This document shows, piece after piece, positions 10,809 to 23,603 of a DNA stretch of 64,000 nt. The notes below the pieces were generated by a model. The model did no database searches and was not told the DNA's origin. It saw only the letters and a program-made list of their open reading frames with translations. Both the position numbers and the translations under genes were made by a program. The stretch is taken from assembly GCA_002269645.1 (NCBI GenBank), contig NIVC01000806.1, forward strand, positions 6,787-70,786, read 5' to 3'. Positions within the stretch are counted from its first letter, which is position 1; each line of letters opens with the position of its first letter. This DNA is from Macrostomum lignano (Eukaryota).

Positions 10809-11400
10809 CGTGACACCAAAAATATCATTTTGTAGAATTTTATAGTGGCAACCGTTTTTTATATTAACTTAAATATTCCTAAAATCTAACAAGGAAACTA
10901 AAGCTAACTAAGGGTAATTGGCTAGGCCTACAGTAAATGTGTAAAATGACTTTAGTAAATGACTGCATTAGACCTATGAGTTCATGAAAGTTGCGCATGA
11001 ATCTTGGTTACACTATGCTTTGTCCTTTAAAAGGTATAAATTTCACTCCCCTGAGCAACACTTGAATATACAATATATCCATGATTTTTGGCTTAGCAAA
11101 AAAGGGAACAAAAAGCAATGAAGCTGAAGCCCAATAGGAAATATTTTGTTGCTTTAAAAGTTTTGTTTCTCTTAATTTTTCTATGTCACTATTTAAACAG
11201 CCTAACAAAGAAGTCTAAGTGCATTAAATCTAAAGTAATTTTGTAAATTTCCACTAGCTTATTAATTTATTGTAAGTTTATAGTTCAGCTTTTGTTTCCA
11301 CTTTTGTTTCCATTGTTTGATTTTTGGCCTATGTTAAAATTAATATGAAGAAAATAGTTGCCACTATAAAATTGTGCAAAATAATGTTTTTAGATCATCA
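10809..11400. mobile_element. MITE-like segment bounded by inverted repeats
   Basis: Perfect 17-bp inverted repeat aattttatagtggcaac (10836-10852) / gttgccactataaaatt (11357-11373), extending imperfectly outward for about 25 bp. Confidence 0.4.
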
Positions 11401-12410
11401 GAATGAGAAATATAATGAAAAGTATAGATTGTACTTTTAGAATGCAATATAAACCAGGAAGGTTTAAGACTAACTTTTGTAAATATTGTTATACTATTAT
11501 CAAGATGATATAGCTTGCATTAGGAAAAATACTAGAAAAAATTAAGCTCTGCACTCTAAAACCTAGAAAGGCAATTTTTTGTTGTCTAATTTGTGCCACA
11601 AAAATAAAATTTTGCAATAAAATTTGAAATAATTAAATAAACAATTACATAAAAAATATATTGAATTTGCTATCTTCTCTAAAAAATATATATAAATCTA
11701 AAAACTAGATATTAAATTTGATAGAATCCACTATTATGGAAAGTTTCATTTAGGAGGCTTTTAGATAAAGCATGCAGATAGAGATACTTGTATGGTTATA
11801 AGAATACATAGTTTTGATGTATAGTAGTTATCTAGTAATATTTGCCACTTAATAAACTAGACTTGAAGATTTTAAAGATCTTTAGAGGTTTTGATTTAAT
11901 AGATAAAAAGGGGTAGAGGAAGTAAATCAATGGATATTGATATTGCCTGTTTAAAAGCAAGACTCTTTAGTCCCTGGGGTTGGGGACTCAAGGAACAGAG
12001 ATCTTGTAGGGCATGTATGGGCTAAAATTACCATAAGATAAATGAGATGCTATTAATGAGTGATAGTGTAAAATATTGCTGTCACTTTTTATTTCAATCC
12101 AATATTATAGTGAGTGATAGCAGAACTGTTACCATTAGATTTGACATCATTAAAACTTAAAACTTAAAATAAATTTATAAGCTATCAATGCAGATACAGA
12201 TAGGCAATGGCAAAAATCAGATACATGCTTTTTCAAGCTATGGCAAAAAAATTAGGATTTTTTATCCAACCTCTAAATGCATACTGGACTCCCAGACCAG
12301 CTGCTGATTGTGTATAAAAATGCCACTTATTCTATGTGGCTATGTTAAAATTGTTCAGATTAAATTGGTAATAATTCAATTAATATTTTCAATGAAATCC
12401 AACTGCAGCC

Positions 12411-13022
12411 ATGACCAGTTTAAACTGCCTGTTTTGGTCCAGCTGGTTCTGGCTGCCCAATAGCACTAGTTGGCAGGAATTTGCCGAATTGAAACAGCCC
12501 AGCGAGTACAAGCCGCGGCTGCAAGATCTATGGATTATGTTTCCATGCACCGTCGCTATTCATATTGTTCGCCTAGCAACCGAGCGCTTCCTGCTAAAGC
12601 CTATTGGCCGTCATTATGGTCTGCGCGAATTTGTCAGCCCGAAGTCGGCCCCGGGTCAGGCTAGCAAACTGCAGAAATTTGCAGAGGCGTCTTGGCACGG
12701 CTGCTTCTATATAATGTCCAGTATCTATGGCGTTGCTGCGCTATGGGACAAGGCCCACCTGTGGGATACTAGACTGCTGTGGCGGGATTGGCCTCATCAT
12801 GCTGTGCCCACAGAGATCTACTGGTACTACATGCTTGAGCTAGGCTATTACTGGGCCGCTCTGTTTTATATTTCGTTTGAATCAAAAAAGAAAGACTTCT
12901 TTGAAATGGTGCTGCACCATGTGGTCACAATCTGGCTGCTGGTGTTCTCTTGGTCCACTAATTTTGTACGCGTCGGCTCTCTTGTACTGCTGGTTCACGA
13001 TGTGGTTGATCCGTTTCTGCAG
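12411..13022 (+). CDS. CERS: Ceramide synthase (Lag1/LASS, TLC domain), exon 1
   Basis: N-terminus FW..WFWLPNSTSW, then KFAEASW, YWYYMLELGYYW and the Lag1p motif KDFFEMVLHHVVTIWL..NFVRVGSLVLLVHDVVDPFLQ. Donor CAG|GT at 13022/13023, phase 0. Confidence 0.93.
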
Positions 13023-13180
13023 GTGCGACTGGCTTTCTATTGATATATCTGTATTGATCAAGTGTATTGTGTTTATTTCACAACGAACAAGCTCATCACA
13101 ATCTCTAAAATTTACAAGCTAGCTCACAAGCTCGCATTGTAAAAACACTTTAAAATGTGAAGGACACTTTAAAAATTGTG

Positions 13181-13565
13181 CACTTCACAGACTGTGCACT
13201 TCACAGACTGAACACTTCACAGACTGGACACCTCACAAACTGGACACTTCACAAACTGGACACTTCACAAACTGTACACTTCTCAAACTGGACTCTTCAC
13301 AAACTGTACTCTTCACAAACTGTGCTCTTTACAAACTGGATACTTCACAGACTGTGCACTTCACAGACTGGACACTTCACAGACTGGACACCTCACAAAC
13401 TGGACACTTCACAAACTGGACACTTCACAAACTGGACACTTCACAAACTAAACACTTCACAAACTGGACACTTCACAAACTGGACACTTTACAAACTGGA
13501 CACTTCACAAACTGGACTCTTCACAGACTGGACACTTCACAAACTGGACACTTCACAAACTGGAC
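13181..13565. repeat. 16-bp minisatellite (cacttcacaaactgga)n in the CerS intron
   Basis: About 24 tandem units. Confidence 0.95.
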
Positions 13566-13691
13566 GCTTAGTTCAAAGATTATTATTGGTTGATAAGTAC
13601 ATCCTAAATCTGTAAAGTACTAATTAACCCACTTAATTAACTTATCAATATCAACCTGTGCTCATCGAACTTGACATCGCTAAACCCACAG

Positions 13692-14090
13692 GGTGCAAAG
13701 GTGTTCAAATACCTGGGCATGCAGAGCCTGTGCAACCTGTCTTTCACCCTGTTCACGCTCGGCTGGCTACTCACACGGCTGTCGGCCTATCCGCTAGTCA
13801 TCTTGCGCAGCAGCCTTTGGCAGAGTGTAGAAGAATTCGGCATGTTCCCAGCTCACCTGCTATTCAATGGCGCCCTGATATTGCTGCAATGCCTGCACAT
13901 TGTCTGGTTCTACTTCATTGTTAAAATTCTAATCCGCTCTCTGAGGGTCGGTAAAGTTGTGAACGATACTCGATCGGATTCTGAGCAGTCTGATTGCTCC
14001 GATGACGAGCCACATTCGCCTGTTGCTAACGGCGCTCAGGCTGTTAGGCGTCGGCATAGAAACGGATTGGCAAAAAATTCTTCTACTTAA
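13692..14090 (+). CDS. CERS: Ceramide synthase, exon 2 (336 aa in total)
   Basis: Acceptor cacag|ggt continues DPFLQ|GAKVFKYLG in frame. F..W...RL..YP, LL..LQCLHIVWF and the C-terminal DTRSDSE motif are present. TAA ends at 14090. Confidence 0.92.
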   Translation, partial: GAKVFKYLGMQSLCNLSFTLFTLGWLLTRLSAYPLVILRSSLWQSVEEFGMFPAHLLFNGALILLQCLHIVWFYFIVKILIRSLRVGKVVNDTRSDSEQSDCSDDEPHSPVANGAQAVRRRHRNGLAKNSST

Positions 14091-14355
14091 CTTTGCCCCT
14101 AAAAGTACTTTTGTACAAGAAAACGTACTTTTTAAGCTGAGATACTGATATCCTTTACCTAAAAAATTGTTGGCTAGATGGCGTATTAGCTAGATAGTTT
14201 AATCCATTTAATATTTGCTTCACTCGTAGTTTGCAGCTTAAATTTATGTATATATTATTGGCATATTAATAATTTCATGACAAATATGATTTTTAGTATT
14301 TTTGCGGATTGCTATATACCATTCAAGAATGGGATTTTTCTGTAGGATTAACTTT

Positions 14356-15483
14356 AGTGTGTACCCTCTCCCTGAACATTCAGTGTGTACCCTCTCCCTG
14401 AACATTCAGTGTGTACCCTCTCCCTGAACATTCAGCGTGTATCCTCTCCCTGAACCTTCAGTGTGTACCCTCTCCCTGAACATTCAGTGTGTACCCTCTC
14501 CCTGAACATTCAGTGTGCACTGTGTACCCTCTCCCTGAGACTTCAGTGTGTACCCTCTCCCTGAACATTCAGTGTGTACCCTCTCCCTGAGACTTCAGTG
14601 TGTACCCTCTCCCTGAACATTCAGCGTGTACCCTCTCCCTGAACATTCAGTGTGTACCCTCTCCCTGAGACTTCAGCGTGTATCCTCTCCCTGAACCTTC
14701 AGTGTGCACTGTGTACCCTCTCCCTGAGACTTCAGTGTGTACCCTCTCCCTGAACATTCAGTGTGTACCCTCTCCCTGAGACTTCAGTGTGTACCCTCTC
14801 CCTGAACATTCAGTGTGTGTGTGTACCCTCTCCCTGAACATTCAGTGTGTACCCTCTCCCTGAGACTTCAGTGTGTACCCTCTCCCTGAACATTCAGTGT
14901 GTACCCTCTCCCTGAGACTTCAGCGTGTATCCTCTCCCTGAACCTTCAGTGTGCACTGTGTACCCTCTCCCTGAGACTTCAGTGTGTACCCTCTCCCTGA
15001 ACATTCAGTGTGTACCCTCTCCCTGAGACTTCAGTGTGTACCCTCTCCCTGAACATTCAGTGTGTACCCTCTCCCTGAACATTCAGTGTGTACCCTCTCC
15101 CTGAGACTTCAGTGTGTACCCTCTCCCTGAACATTCAGTGTGTACCCTCTCCCTGAACATTCAGTGTGCACTGTGTACCCTCTCCCTGAGACTTCAGTGT
15201 GTACCCTCTCCCTGAACATTCAGTGTGTACCCTCTCCCTGAACATTCAGTGTGTACCCTCTCCCTGAGACTTCAGTGTGTACCCTCTCCCTGAACATTCA
15301 GTGTGTACCCTCTCCCTAAGACTTCAGTGTGTACCCTCTCCCTGAACATTCAGTGTGTACCCTCTCCCTGAACATTCAGTGTGTACCCTCTCCCTAAACA
15401 TTCAGTCGGTACTTTCTCCTGAACATTCAGTGTGTACCCTCTCCCTGAACCTTCAGTGTTTACTTTCTCCTGAACATTCAGTG
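14356..15483. repeat. 26-bp minisatellite (agtgtgtaccctctccctgaacattc)n
   Basis: About 42 tandem units with aacattc/agacttc variants. Confidence 0.95.
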
Positions 15484-16955
15484 AGACTTTAAATTAATTT
15501 TGTTTCGCAAAAAGCCACGGCAGAAACTCGGACTTAACTTTTTTGATTTGATCTGCTTTTTTTACCTATTGTTTACTATATTACAATCATGATATGCTGT
15601 TGTAACTGTCTTGAGTACCTGTTCACTTGTCAATGCATTGGTTTGATTTGAACCGTTTTCGATTAGCCAATATTTGTTATATTATACTCGATCAATTACT
15701 CGATCAATTATTTTCGATCAATTTATTATTTTTTTATCTCTCTTTTCAAGGTGTCACGTCAGCTTTACTCTTGCATGCTAATTAATTACTGTATGCTTAT
15801 ATATTTGTTTTCTGTAAGTATCATCCCTGCAGTTTATTATTTTTTTATATTTCTGTGTCTACCACTTCCATTTTGTGATCCTCTCTGAGATGTAGAGGTT
15901 TGCTCTTTACTATTGACTAGAGACCAAGCGTCGTAGTTTATCAGAAGCAAAAAGTGGTTATTTATTTAGCATTTTTTGTATGCTCTACTTATACGAGCGT
16001 AGTAGAAATAACTGAAAATTATGCTAATAATAATAATAATAAACTTTAACTTAGTACTCTACTTATAGTAGAAATGACAGAAAAATATGCGTATAAAATT
16101 AATAATAAACATTAACTTAGTACTCTACTTATAGTAGAAATATGAGGAAATGCGATAAAAATTTGCAATCCTAAGCTATACTAAATCGAGACAATGCCTA
16201 TTAGAATAATTTCAATATGTAATGTAGGCAGGTATTTCAGTGATATTAAAGGTCACGTGATCTTCAGGCCGCTGGAAAACCCCAGTTTAAGCCTAACTTT
16301 TTATCTTTCTCACATTTTCAAACAGAAGCTATAAAAAGGAAGAGAGCGGAATCAGTTCTGTTGCTTTTTTACTTTCTCAGCTAATTTCTTGATTCTACAG
16401 TCAGTTAATGTTATTAAAATGCTGATTTTGTCTATTTTATAACCCGAAGCACCAATTTGATCAGTTGAACTTTTTAAAAGTCTACTTAACATTGCAGCTA
16501 AATAAGCGTAAAGCACTTTTTTCTATGCTTATTTATTTGCATGAATATTTATATAAATATATATTATTATATATACCCTGCTGGATGTTTTGCTATACAA
16601 TTTTGCACTTTTTGCACTTTCAGCTTCTGTTCTTTGCGCGTTCGCTATTTTTGCGATTTTCAAAAATAAAAATTAGTACCAGTTATCGCTTTTAGTCACG
16701 CTTCTAGAGTTGCTCTTGTAACTTCTCTGTGAAATTATTTTTTACAATTAACCCAAACTTCACACTCCGGAGGCAAAATTGATATTGTGTCGGTTTTGTA
16801 CCGAAAAAAATAAATTATTTATCTATTGTCCTAATTGTTTCAGTTTAAATACTAATGTTCCGAACATACCTTGACAATGGCTTTATTAGTAGTTGTTTTA
16901 GTCTGTATCTTAATCGGCTATTGTTTGCGTTCAATTATTTGGGCTGAACTTTGCA

Positions 16956-17718
16956 GAAGCTGGCGCAGGTAGGGTGATGAAGTTGGTGCAGGTAGGGTGA
17001 TGAAGCTGGGTGCAGGTAGGGTGATGAAGCTGGTGCAGGTAGGGTGAAGCAGGTGCAGGTAGGGTGATGAAGCTTGTGCAGGTAGGGTGATGAAGCTGGT
17101 TTAGGTAGGGTGAAGCTGGTGCAGGTAGGGTGATGAAGCTGGTTCAGGTAGGGTGAAGCTGGTGCAGGTAGGGTGATGAAGCTAGTGCAGGTAGGGTGAT
17201 GAAGCTGGTGCAGGTAGGGTGATGAAGCTAGTGCAGGTAGGGTGATGAAGCTGGTGCAGGTGTGGTGATGAGGAAGCTGGTGCATGTAGGGTGATGAAGC
17301 TGGTGCAGGTAGGGATATGAAGCTAGTGCAGGTGTGGTGATGAAGCTGGTGCATGTAGGGTGATGAAGCTGATGCAGGTGTGGTGATGAAGCTGATGTAG
17401 GTGTGGTGATGAAGCTGGTGCATGTAGGGTGATGAAGCTGATGCAGGTGTGGTGATGAAGCTGATGTAGGTGTGGTGATGAAGCTGGTGCATGTAGTGTG
17501 ATGAAGCTGATGCAGGTGTGGTGATGAAGCTGATGTAGGTGTGGTGATGAAGCTGGTGCAGGTGTGGTGATGAAGCTGGTGCATGTAGGGTGATGAAGCT
17601 GGTGCAGGTGTGGTGATGAAGCTGGTGCAGGTAGGGTGATGAAGCTGGTGCAGCTGTGGTGATGAAGCTGGTGCAGGTAGGGTGATGAAGCTGGTGCAGC
17701 TGTGGTGATGAAGCTGGC
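16956..17718. repeat. 23-bp minisatellite (gaagctggtgcaggtagggtgat)n
   Basis: About 33 tandem units. It explains the His/Pro-rich minus-strand ORFs. Confidence 0.95.
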
Positions 17719-17849
17719 ACAGATAGATAAAACTTAGACAATGATACAAAGATTCTTAATATTTTTGTAAATATGTAGGCAGCAATAAAAATTAGTAAAT
17801 TTAATACAGATAAGGAAGAACGTTAAATTTAACAGTAAATATTGAAATA

Positions 17850-18003
17850 ATGCAGACTCCTTTGCTTCATGCTCAAAATATGGCTTTTATTGGCCGGTGC
17901 TTCAATTTGTTGATTTGGTTTCTGGTTTCTATCTACGTAATTGTGCCTCTGATCGTCTACTTGTATCCTGGAATCCTTACGAGCGTGGTGTTCTTCAATT
18001 TGT
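17850..18003 (+). CDS. ABHD12: ABHD12-like alpha/beta hydrolase, exon 1 (N-terminal TM helix)
   Basis: MQTPLLHAQNMAFIGRCFNLLIWFLVSIYVIVPLIVYLYPGILTSVVFFNL, then donor t|gtaag at 18004 (phase 1). The start could instead be the ATG at 17880. Confidence 0.75.
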
Positions 18004-18021
18004 GTAAGATTTTTGTTTGAT

Positions 18022-19393
18022 ACCACCATGAGAATCAGTTTGATCCCACCACGAAAATTAGTTTGATCCCATCATGAGAATCAGTTTGATCCCATCATGA
18101 GAATCAGTTTGATCCCACCATGAGAATGAGTTTGATCCCATCATAAAAATTAGTTTGATCCCATCATGAGAATGAGTTTGATCCCATCATGAGTATCAGT
18201 TTGATCCCATCATGAGAATGAGTTTGATACCACCATGAGAATCAGTTTGATCCCATCATGAGAATCAGTTTGATCCCACCATGAAAATTAGTTTGATCCC
18301 ACCATGAGAATCAGTTTGATCCCACCATGAAAATTAGTTTGATCCCACCATGAGAATCAGTTTGATCCCATCATGAGAATCAGTTTGATCCCATCATGAG
18401 AATCAGTTTGATCCCATCATGAGAATCAGTTTGATCCCACCATGAGAATCAGTTTGATCCCATCATGAGAATCAGTTTGATCCCATCATGAGAATCAGTT
18501 TGATCCCATCATGAGAATCAGTTTGATCCCACCATGAGAATCAGTTTGATCCCACCATGAAAATTAGTTTGATCCCACCATGAGAATCAGTTTGATCCCA
18601 TCATGAGAATCAGTTTGATCCCATCATGAGAATCAGTTTGATCCCATCATGAGAATCAGTTTGATCCCACCATGAAAATTAGTTTGATCCCACCATGAGA
18701 ATCAGTTTGATCCCATCATGAGAATCAGTTTGATCCCATCATGAGAATCAGTTTGATCCCATCATGAGAATCAGTTTGATCCCACCATGAAAATTAGTTT
18801 GATCCCACCATGAGAATCAGTTTGATCCCATCATGAGAATCAGTTTGATCTCATCATGAGAATCAGTTTGATCCCATCATGAGAATGAGTTTGATCCCAT
18901 CATAAAAATTAGTTTGATCCCATCATGAGAATGAGTTTGATCCCATCATGAGTATCAGTTTGATCCCATCATGAGAATGAGTTTGATACCACCATGAGAA
19001 TCAGTTTGATCCCATCATGAGAATCAGTTTGATCCCACCATGAAAATTAGTTTGATCCCACCATGAGAATCAGTTTGATCCCACCATGAAAATTAGTTTG
19101 ATCCCACCATGAGAATCAGTTTGATCCCATCATGAGAATCAGTTTGATCCCATCATGAGAATCAGTTTGATCCCATCATGAGAATCAGTTTGATCCCACC
19201 ATGAAAATTAGTTTGATCCCACCATGAGAATCAGTTTGATCCCATCATGAGAATCAGTTTGATCCCATCATGAGAATCAGTTTGATCCCATCATGAGAAT
19301 CAGTTTGATCCCACCATGAAAATTAGTTTGATCCCACCATGAGAATCAGTTTGATCCCATCATGAGAATCAGCTTGATCCCACTGTGAGAATC
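18022..19393. repeat. 23-bp minisatellite (catgagaatcagtttgatcccat)n in ABHD12 intron 1
   Basis: About 59 units filling almost the whole intron. Confidence 0.96.
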
Positions 19394-19450
19394 ATTTGCG
19401 AATCATATTTACCTTTGACCCGAAGCCTCACTCTACTCCGCTCCTGGCAG

Positions 19451-19747
19451 ACTATTGTCCGCACTTCTCGAGAAACTTCTCAGACTTTGAGCACTACGGA
19501 CTTTCGCCAAACTCGACTCGGAATTTCTATTTGGCTAATTCTTTAGGTCACAAACTGGGCGTATGGCAGCTGGAGTCTGAGCCCTGCTCAACTCAGACCG
19601 AATTCGAAGCTAAGCTACTCGACGGCCGGCCAGTGCTGCTCTATTACCATGGCAACGCTTTGAATCGAGGCGGCCACCATATGGTTGACTTGTACAAGCG
19701 CCTGCTTAAGGAGAATGATGTGCATATTTTGGCTTTGGATTATCGAG
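19451..19747 (+). CDS. ABHD12: ABHD12-like, exon 2
   Basis: YCPHFSRNFSDFEHYGL..TRNFYL..LGVW..PVLLYYHGNALNRGG..LYK..HILALDYRG. Acceptor ggcag| and donor g|gtgtg. Confidence 0.9.
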
Positions 19748-19879
19748 GTGTGTAGAGCCATTCAGGATGTGTCTGGCGCTATCTAGAATTTGTGTACCGA
19801 CAAACTTAAAAACCAGACATTTAAAAAGAATTTCAAAATAACTAAAACATTTTAGCGGTTTCCCTTCTACCCAATCCAG

Positions 19880-20009
19880 GTTACGGTGACTCAGAAGGCC
19901 TTCTAGAAACTGAGATTGACGCAGTGGACGACGCTGAAGTGTTATTTAACTATGTCACAAAATCGGGAGTCAAGCGGCTGTACTTATGGGGCCATTCGTT
20001 AGGCACCGG
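19880..20009 (+). CDS. ABHD12: ABHD12-like, exon 3 (nucleophile motif)
   Basis: GYGDSEG..DAEVLFNYV..LYLWGHSLGTG. Acceptor tccag| and donor gg|gtgag. Confidence 0.92.
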
Positions 20010-20047
20010 GTGAGTGAGTGACGATCGATGCCCTTCATATAACACAC

Positions 20048-20687
20048 CAATCCTTCCCCTGATAACACGCCCACCACCTCGAAACACGCCCACCACCCCA
20101 AAACATGCCCACCACCCCAAAACACGCCCACCACCCCTCAAACACGCCCACCACCTCAAAACACGTCCACCACCCTAAACACGCCCACCACCCCTTAAAC
20201 ACGCTCACCACCACCAAACCTGCTCACCTCCCCAATACAAGCCCACCACCCCAAAACACGCCCACCCCTAAAACACGCCCACCCCTAAAACACCCCGACG
20301 GCCCCACCTCTAAAACACACCAATCACCCCAAAACACGCCCACCACCCCAAAACACGCCTATCACCCGAAAACACGCCAATCACCCCAAAACACGCCCAC
20401 CACCCCAAAACACGCCCACCCCTAAAACACGCCGAGGGCCCCAAAACACGCCCACCACCCCAAAACACCCCCACCCCTAAAACACGCCGACGGCCCCAAA
20501 ACAAGCCTACCACCCCAAAACACCCCACCCCTAAAACACGCCGACGGCCCCAAAACACGCCTACCAGCCCAAAACACCCCACCCCTAAAACACGCCGACG
20601 GCCCCAAAACACGCCTACCACCCCAAAACACCCCCACCCCTAAAACACACCGACGGCCCCAAAACACGCCCACCACCCGAAAACACG
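20048..20687. repeat. Degenerate ~20-bp AC-rich minisatellite (aaaacacgcccaccacccc) in ABHD12 intron 3
   Basis: Tandem imperfect units. Confidence 0.85.
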
Positions 20688-20848
20688 TAAATTACCTCTA
20701 AACAGGCTCACCATTGCCACCACCTTAAAACAAGCTGCCCCGAAAATCCACTGCTTGTATGTACGTTCTGTACATGTTAGAAAGCGTACAATATGTATAA
20801 CCTTACAACATAACAATTCTTCAGGCACAACTCTCCTTTCGTCTTCAG

Positions 20849-20972
20849 TGTCGTGTCCCATCTGGCCAAACGCCTGTCTGACAGTGGCCGCTTAAACCCA
20901 ATAGCTGGCCTGGTACTGGAGTCGCCATTTAATAACATTCGCGACGGTGTGCGTATGCATCATTTCAGCCTA
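20849..20972 (+). CDS. ABHD12: ABHD12-like, exon 4
   Basis: GVVSHLAKRLSDSGRLNPIAGLVLESPFNNIRDGVRMHHFSL. Acceptor ttcag| and donor |gtaag; phases are consistent. Confidence 0.9.
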
Positions 20973-21068
20973 GTAAGTGCCTTTTTGTAACAAAAATTAT
21001 GAACAAGAATTTCGTATGTACGACAGTACACACCCAGATGATCGAGGATAGTAGCTATCCCCAAGACG

Positions 21069-21223
21069 GGTCTACGAAGTTTGCTACGACGTTTGCCAGC
21101 CGACGTTTGCCAGCCGGACATTTGCAGGCGGCAATTGGTTAAAGAAGTATGCCCTCTCTAGGCTTACATGTATTTGCATTTAAAAACTGTGGACATAGCA
21201 CTAATCTAATTCCACCTCGCTCC

Positions 21224-21279
<56 letters not shown>

Positions 21280-21404
21280 GCTACTGCTGCTACTACTACT
21301 ACTACTACTACTGCTACTACTACTACTAATACTGCTACTACTACTACTACTACTGCTACTACTACTACTAATACTGCTACTACTACTACTACTACTGCTA
21401 CTAC

Positions 21405-21482
<78 letters not shown>

Positions 21483-22064
21483 AGGTTATTAACAAACTAC
21501 TGTTCAGGCTTATTGAAGTTATTGCTCTTGTCTGCCTAAATAGATAGGTAAAACTACAAAATAGAAGTTTCCATTGTCACAGTTGATGTCTATGAATGCC
21601 ATGGAATGGCCCTTTCCATCTCAGTGGCCAAACAAGCTAAGTGTTTACAAGCTAAATGGGAAAAGACTGAGACATCCATAATGGTATTGGCTTAGTCTCG
21701 CCTATATATACTTAACTCAAAAGCCAAACTCTGCTTAACGGAGTTAAGCCATGACAGCGTGCACTTGACAAGCTACATTGGAATTAATTCGCTTACGTTT
21801 GGATCTCCCAATGAACTGGGAAATATATAAGCCAGAATTATCGTTCAACTTTATAATATTTTCACATTCAAAGAAATTGTTGTTAAACTGGATGCTAGAT
21901 TGATGAACTGCATAATTTGTGTAGCTTTTGTTTTCGAACTTTGATACATGCGAATAATCGTCAAAAAGTTGGACTAAAAAACCGCTAAACTGCGAATATT
22001 TCAGTATCAAATTTTTCACTCACTGACTTAATGTTGGCTGGCAAACGTCGGCAGGCAAACGTCG
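21069..22064. mobile_element. MITE-like element with tandem-subrepeat inverted ends in ABHD12 intron 4
   Basis: cgacgtttgccagccgacgtttgccagcc (21087-21115) is inverted at 22036-22064 with one mismatch. It is flanked by a direct repeat gctat(c)n aagacg at 21054-21068 and 22064-22080. Confidence 0.6.
21225..21481. repeat. (TAC)n microsatellite
   Basis: About 85 trinucleotide units with tgc/taa interruptions. Confidence 0.97.
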
Positions 22065-22159
22065 CTATCCCCCCAAGACGTCAGGATCACGAACATGTGG
22101 GCGACCTATCCTAGGCTGTCCTTCCATCTTGAAGCTAGTAGTATTCATGGATAAATTCG

Positions 22160-23192
22160 CTGAGATTCAGTAGATAGATTCAGTGAGATTCAGTAGATAG
22201 ATTCACTGAGATTCAGTAGACAGATTCACTGAGATTCAGTAGATAGATTCACTGAGATTCAGTAGATAGATTCACTGAGATTCAGTAGATACGAGCGTAG
22301 ATTCAGTGAGATTCAGTAGATAGATTCACTGAGATTCAGTAGATAGATTCACTGAGATTCAGTAGATAGATTCACTGAGATTCAGTAGATAGATTCAGTG
22401 AGATTCAGTAGATAGATTCACTGAGATTCAGTAGATAAATTCAGTGAGATTCAGATAGATAGATTCTCTGAGATTCAGATAGATAGATTCAGTGAGATTC
22501 AGATAGATAGATTCACTGAGATTCAGTAGATAGATTCAGGGAGGTTCAGTGAGATCCTTGAGATTTACTGACGTTCAGTGAGATTCAATGAGAGTTAGTG
22601 AGATTCTGTGGGGCTCAGTGAGATTCAGTGGGGCTGAGTGAGATTCAGTGGGGCTGAGTGAGATTCAGTGAGATTCTGTGGGGCTCAGTGAGATTCAGTG
22701 GGGCTGAGTGAGATTCAGTGAAATTCTGTGGGGCTCAGTGAGATTCAGTGGGGCTGAGTGAGATTCAGTGAGATTCAGTGGGGCTGAGTGAGATTCAGTG
22801 GGGCTGAGTGAGATTCAGTGGGGCTGAGTGAGATTCTGTGGGGCTGAGTGAGATTCAGTGAAATTCTGTGGGGCTCAGTGAGATTCAGTGGGGCTGAGTG
22901 AGATTCAGTGAGATTCAGTGGGGCTGAGTGAGATTCAGTGAGATTCAGTGGGGCTGAGTGAGATTCAGTGAGATTCAGTGGGGCTGAGTGAGATTCAGTG
23001 GGGCTGAGTGAGATTCAGTGGGGCTGAGTGAGATTCTGTGGGGCTGAGTGAGATTCTGTGGGGCTCAGTGAGATTCTGTGGGGCTGAGTGAGATTCAGTG
23101 GGGCTCAGTGAGATTCAGTGGGGCTGAGTGAGATTCAGTGAGGCTCAGTGAGATTCAGTGGGGCTAAGTGAGATTCAGTGAGATTCAGTAGA
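22160..23192. repeat. Two abutting minisatellites sharing a gagattcagt core (23-bp unit to ~22540, then 10/20-bp units)
   Basis: (agatagattcactgagattcagt)n followed by (gagattcagtggggctgagt)n. Confidence 0.93.
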
Positions 23193-23603
23193 ATCTGTCA
23201 TACGGCCAATTGCTAGGCTGTCCTTCCGTGCGGCTTCAATTTAGTCGCACGCAGAAGTGATATTAATTAAGCTAATTAGTCAAATTCCCTCACCTCCTTG
23301 CTAAAGACTGAGAGACAGAGCGAGTATACAGGGGCAACGAAACCTTCGCGATTTAATATAAAAGAAAAAACGAAGCTACGGTTGTCTAATTGCATGTAGG
23401 TCTGTTAATTAAAGCCTCTAAAACTGACTGACTGACTTCTTTTACTTTGCTAATTGTAACGAGCATTGCTTTCGAGTTGCATAACGGATTTAAAAAATTA
23501 AAGAGGAGAAAAAAAGAGAGTAGACATCTAAGAGCATCATTTTTATTTAGTATATAAGACTGCAGGTCTGAGTCATAAGTTTTCGATCTTATAATGCTGT
23601 CTA

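Noticed and set aside
16935-17749. His/Pro-rich minus-strand ORFs
   Set aside because: Products of a 23-bp tandem repeat, with no non-repeat coding flanks or domain.
21139-21547. Poly-Ser and poly-Leu ORFs
   Set aside because: (TAC)n microsatellite.
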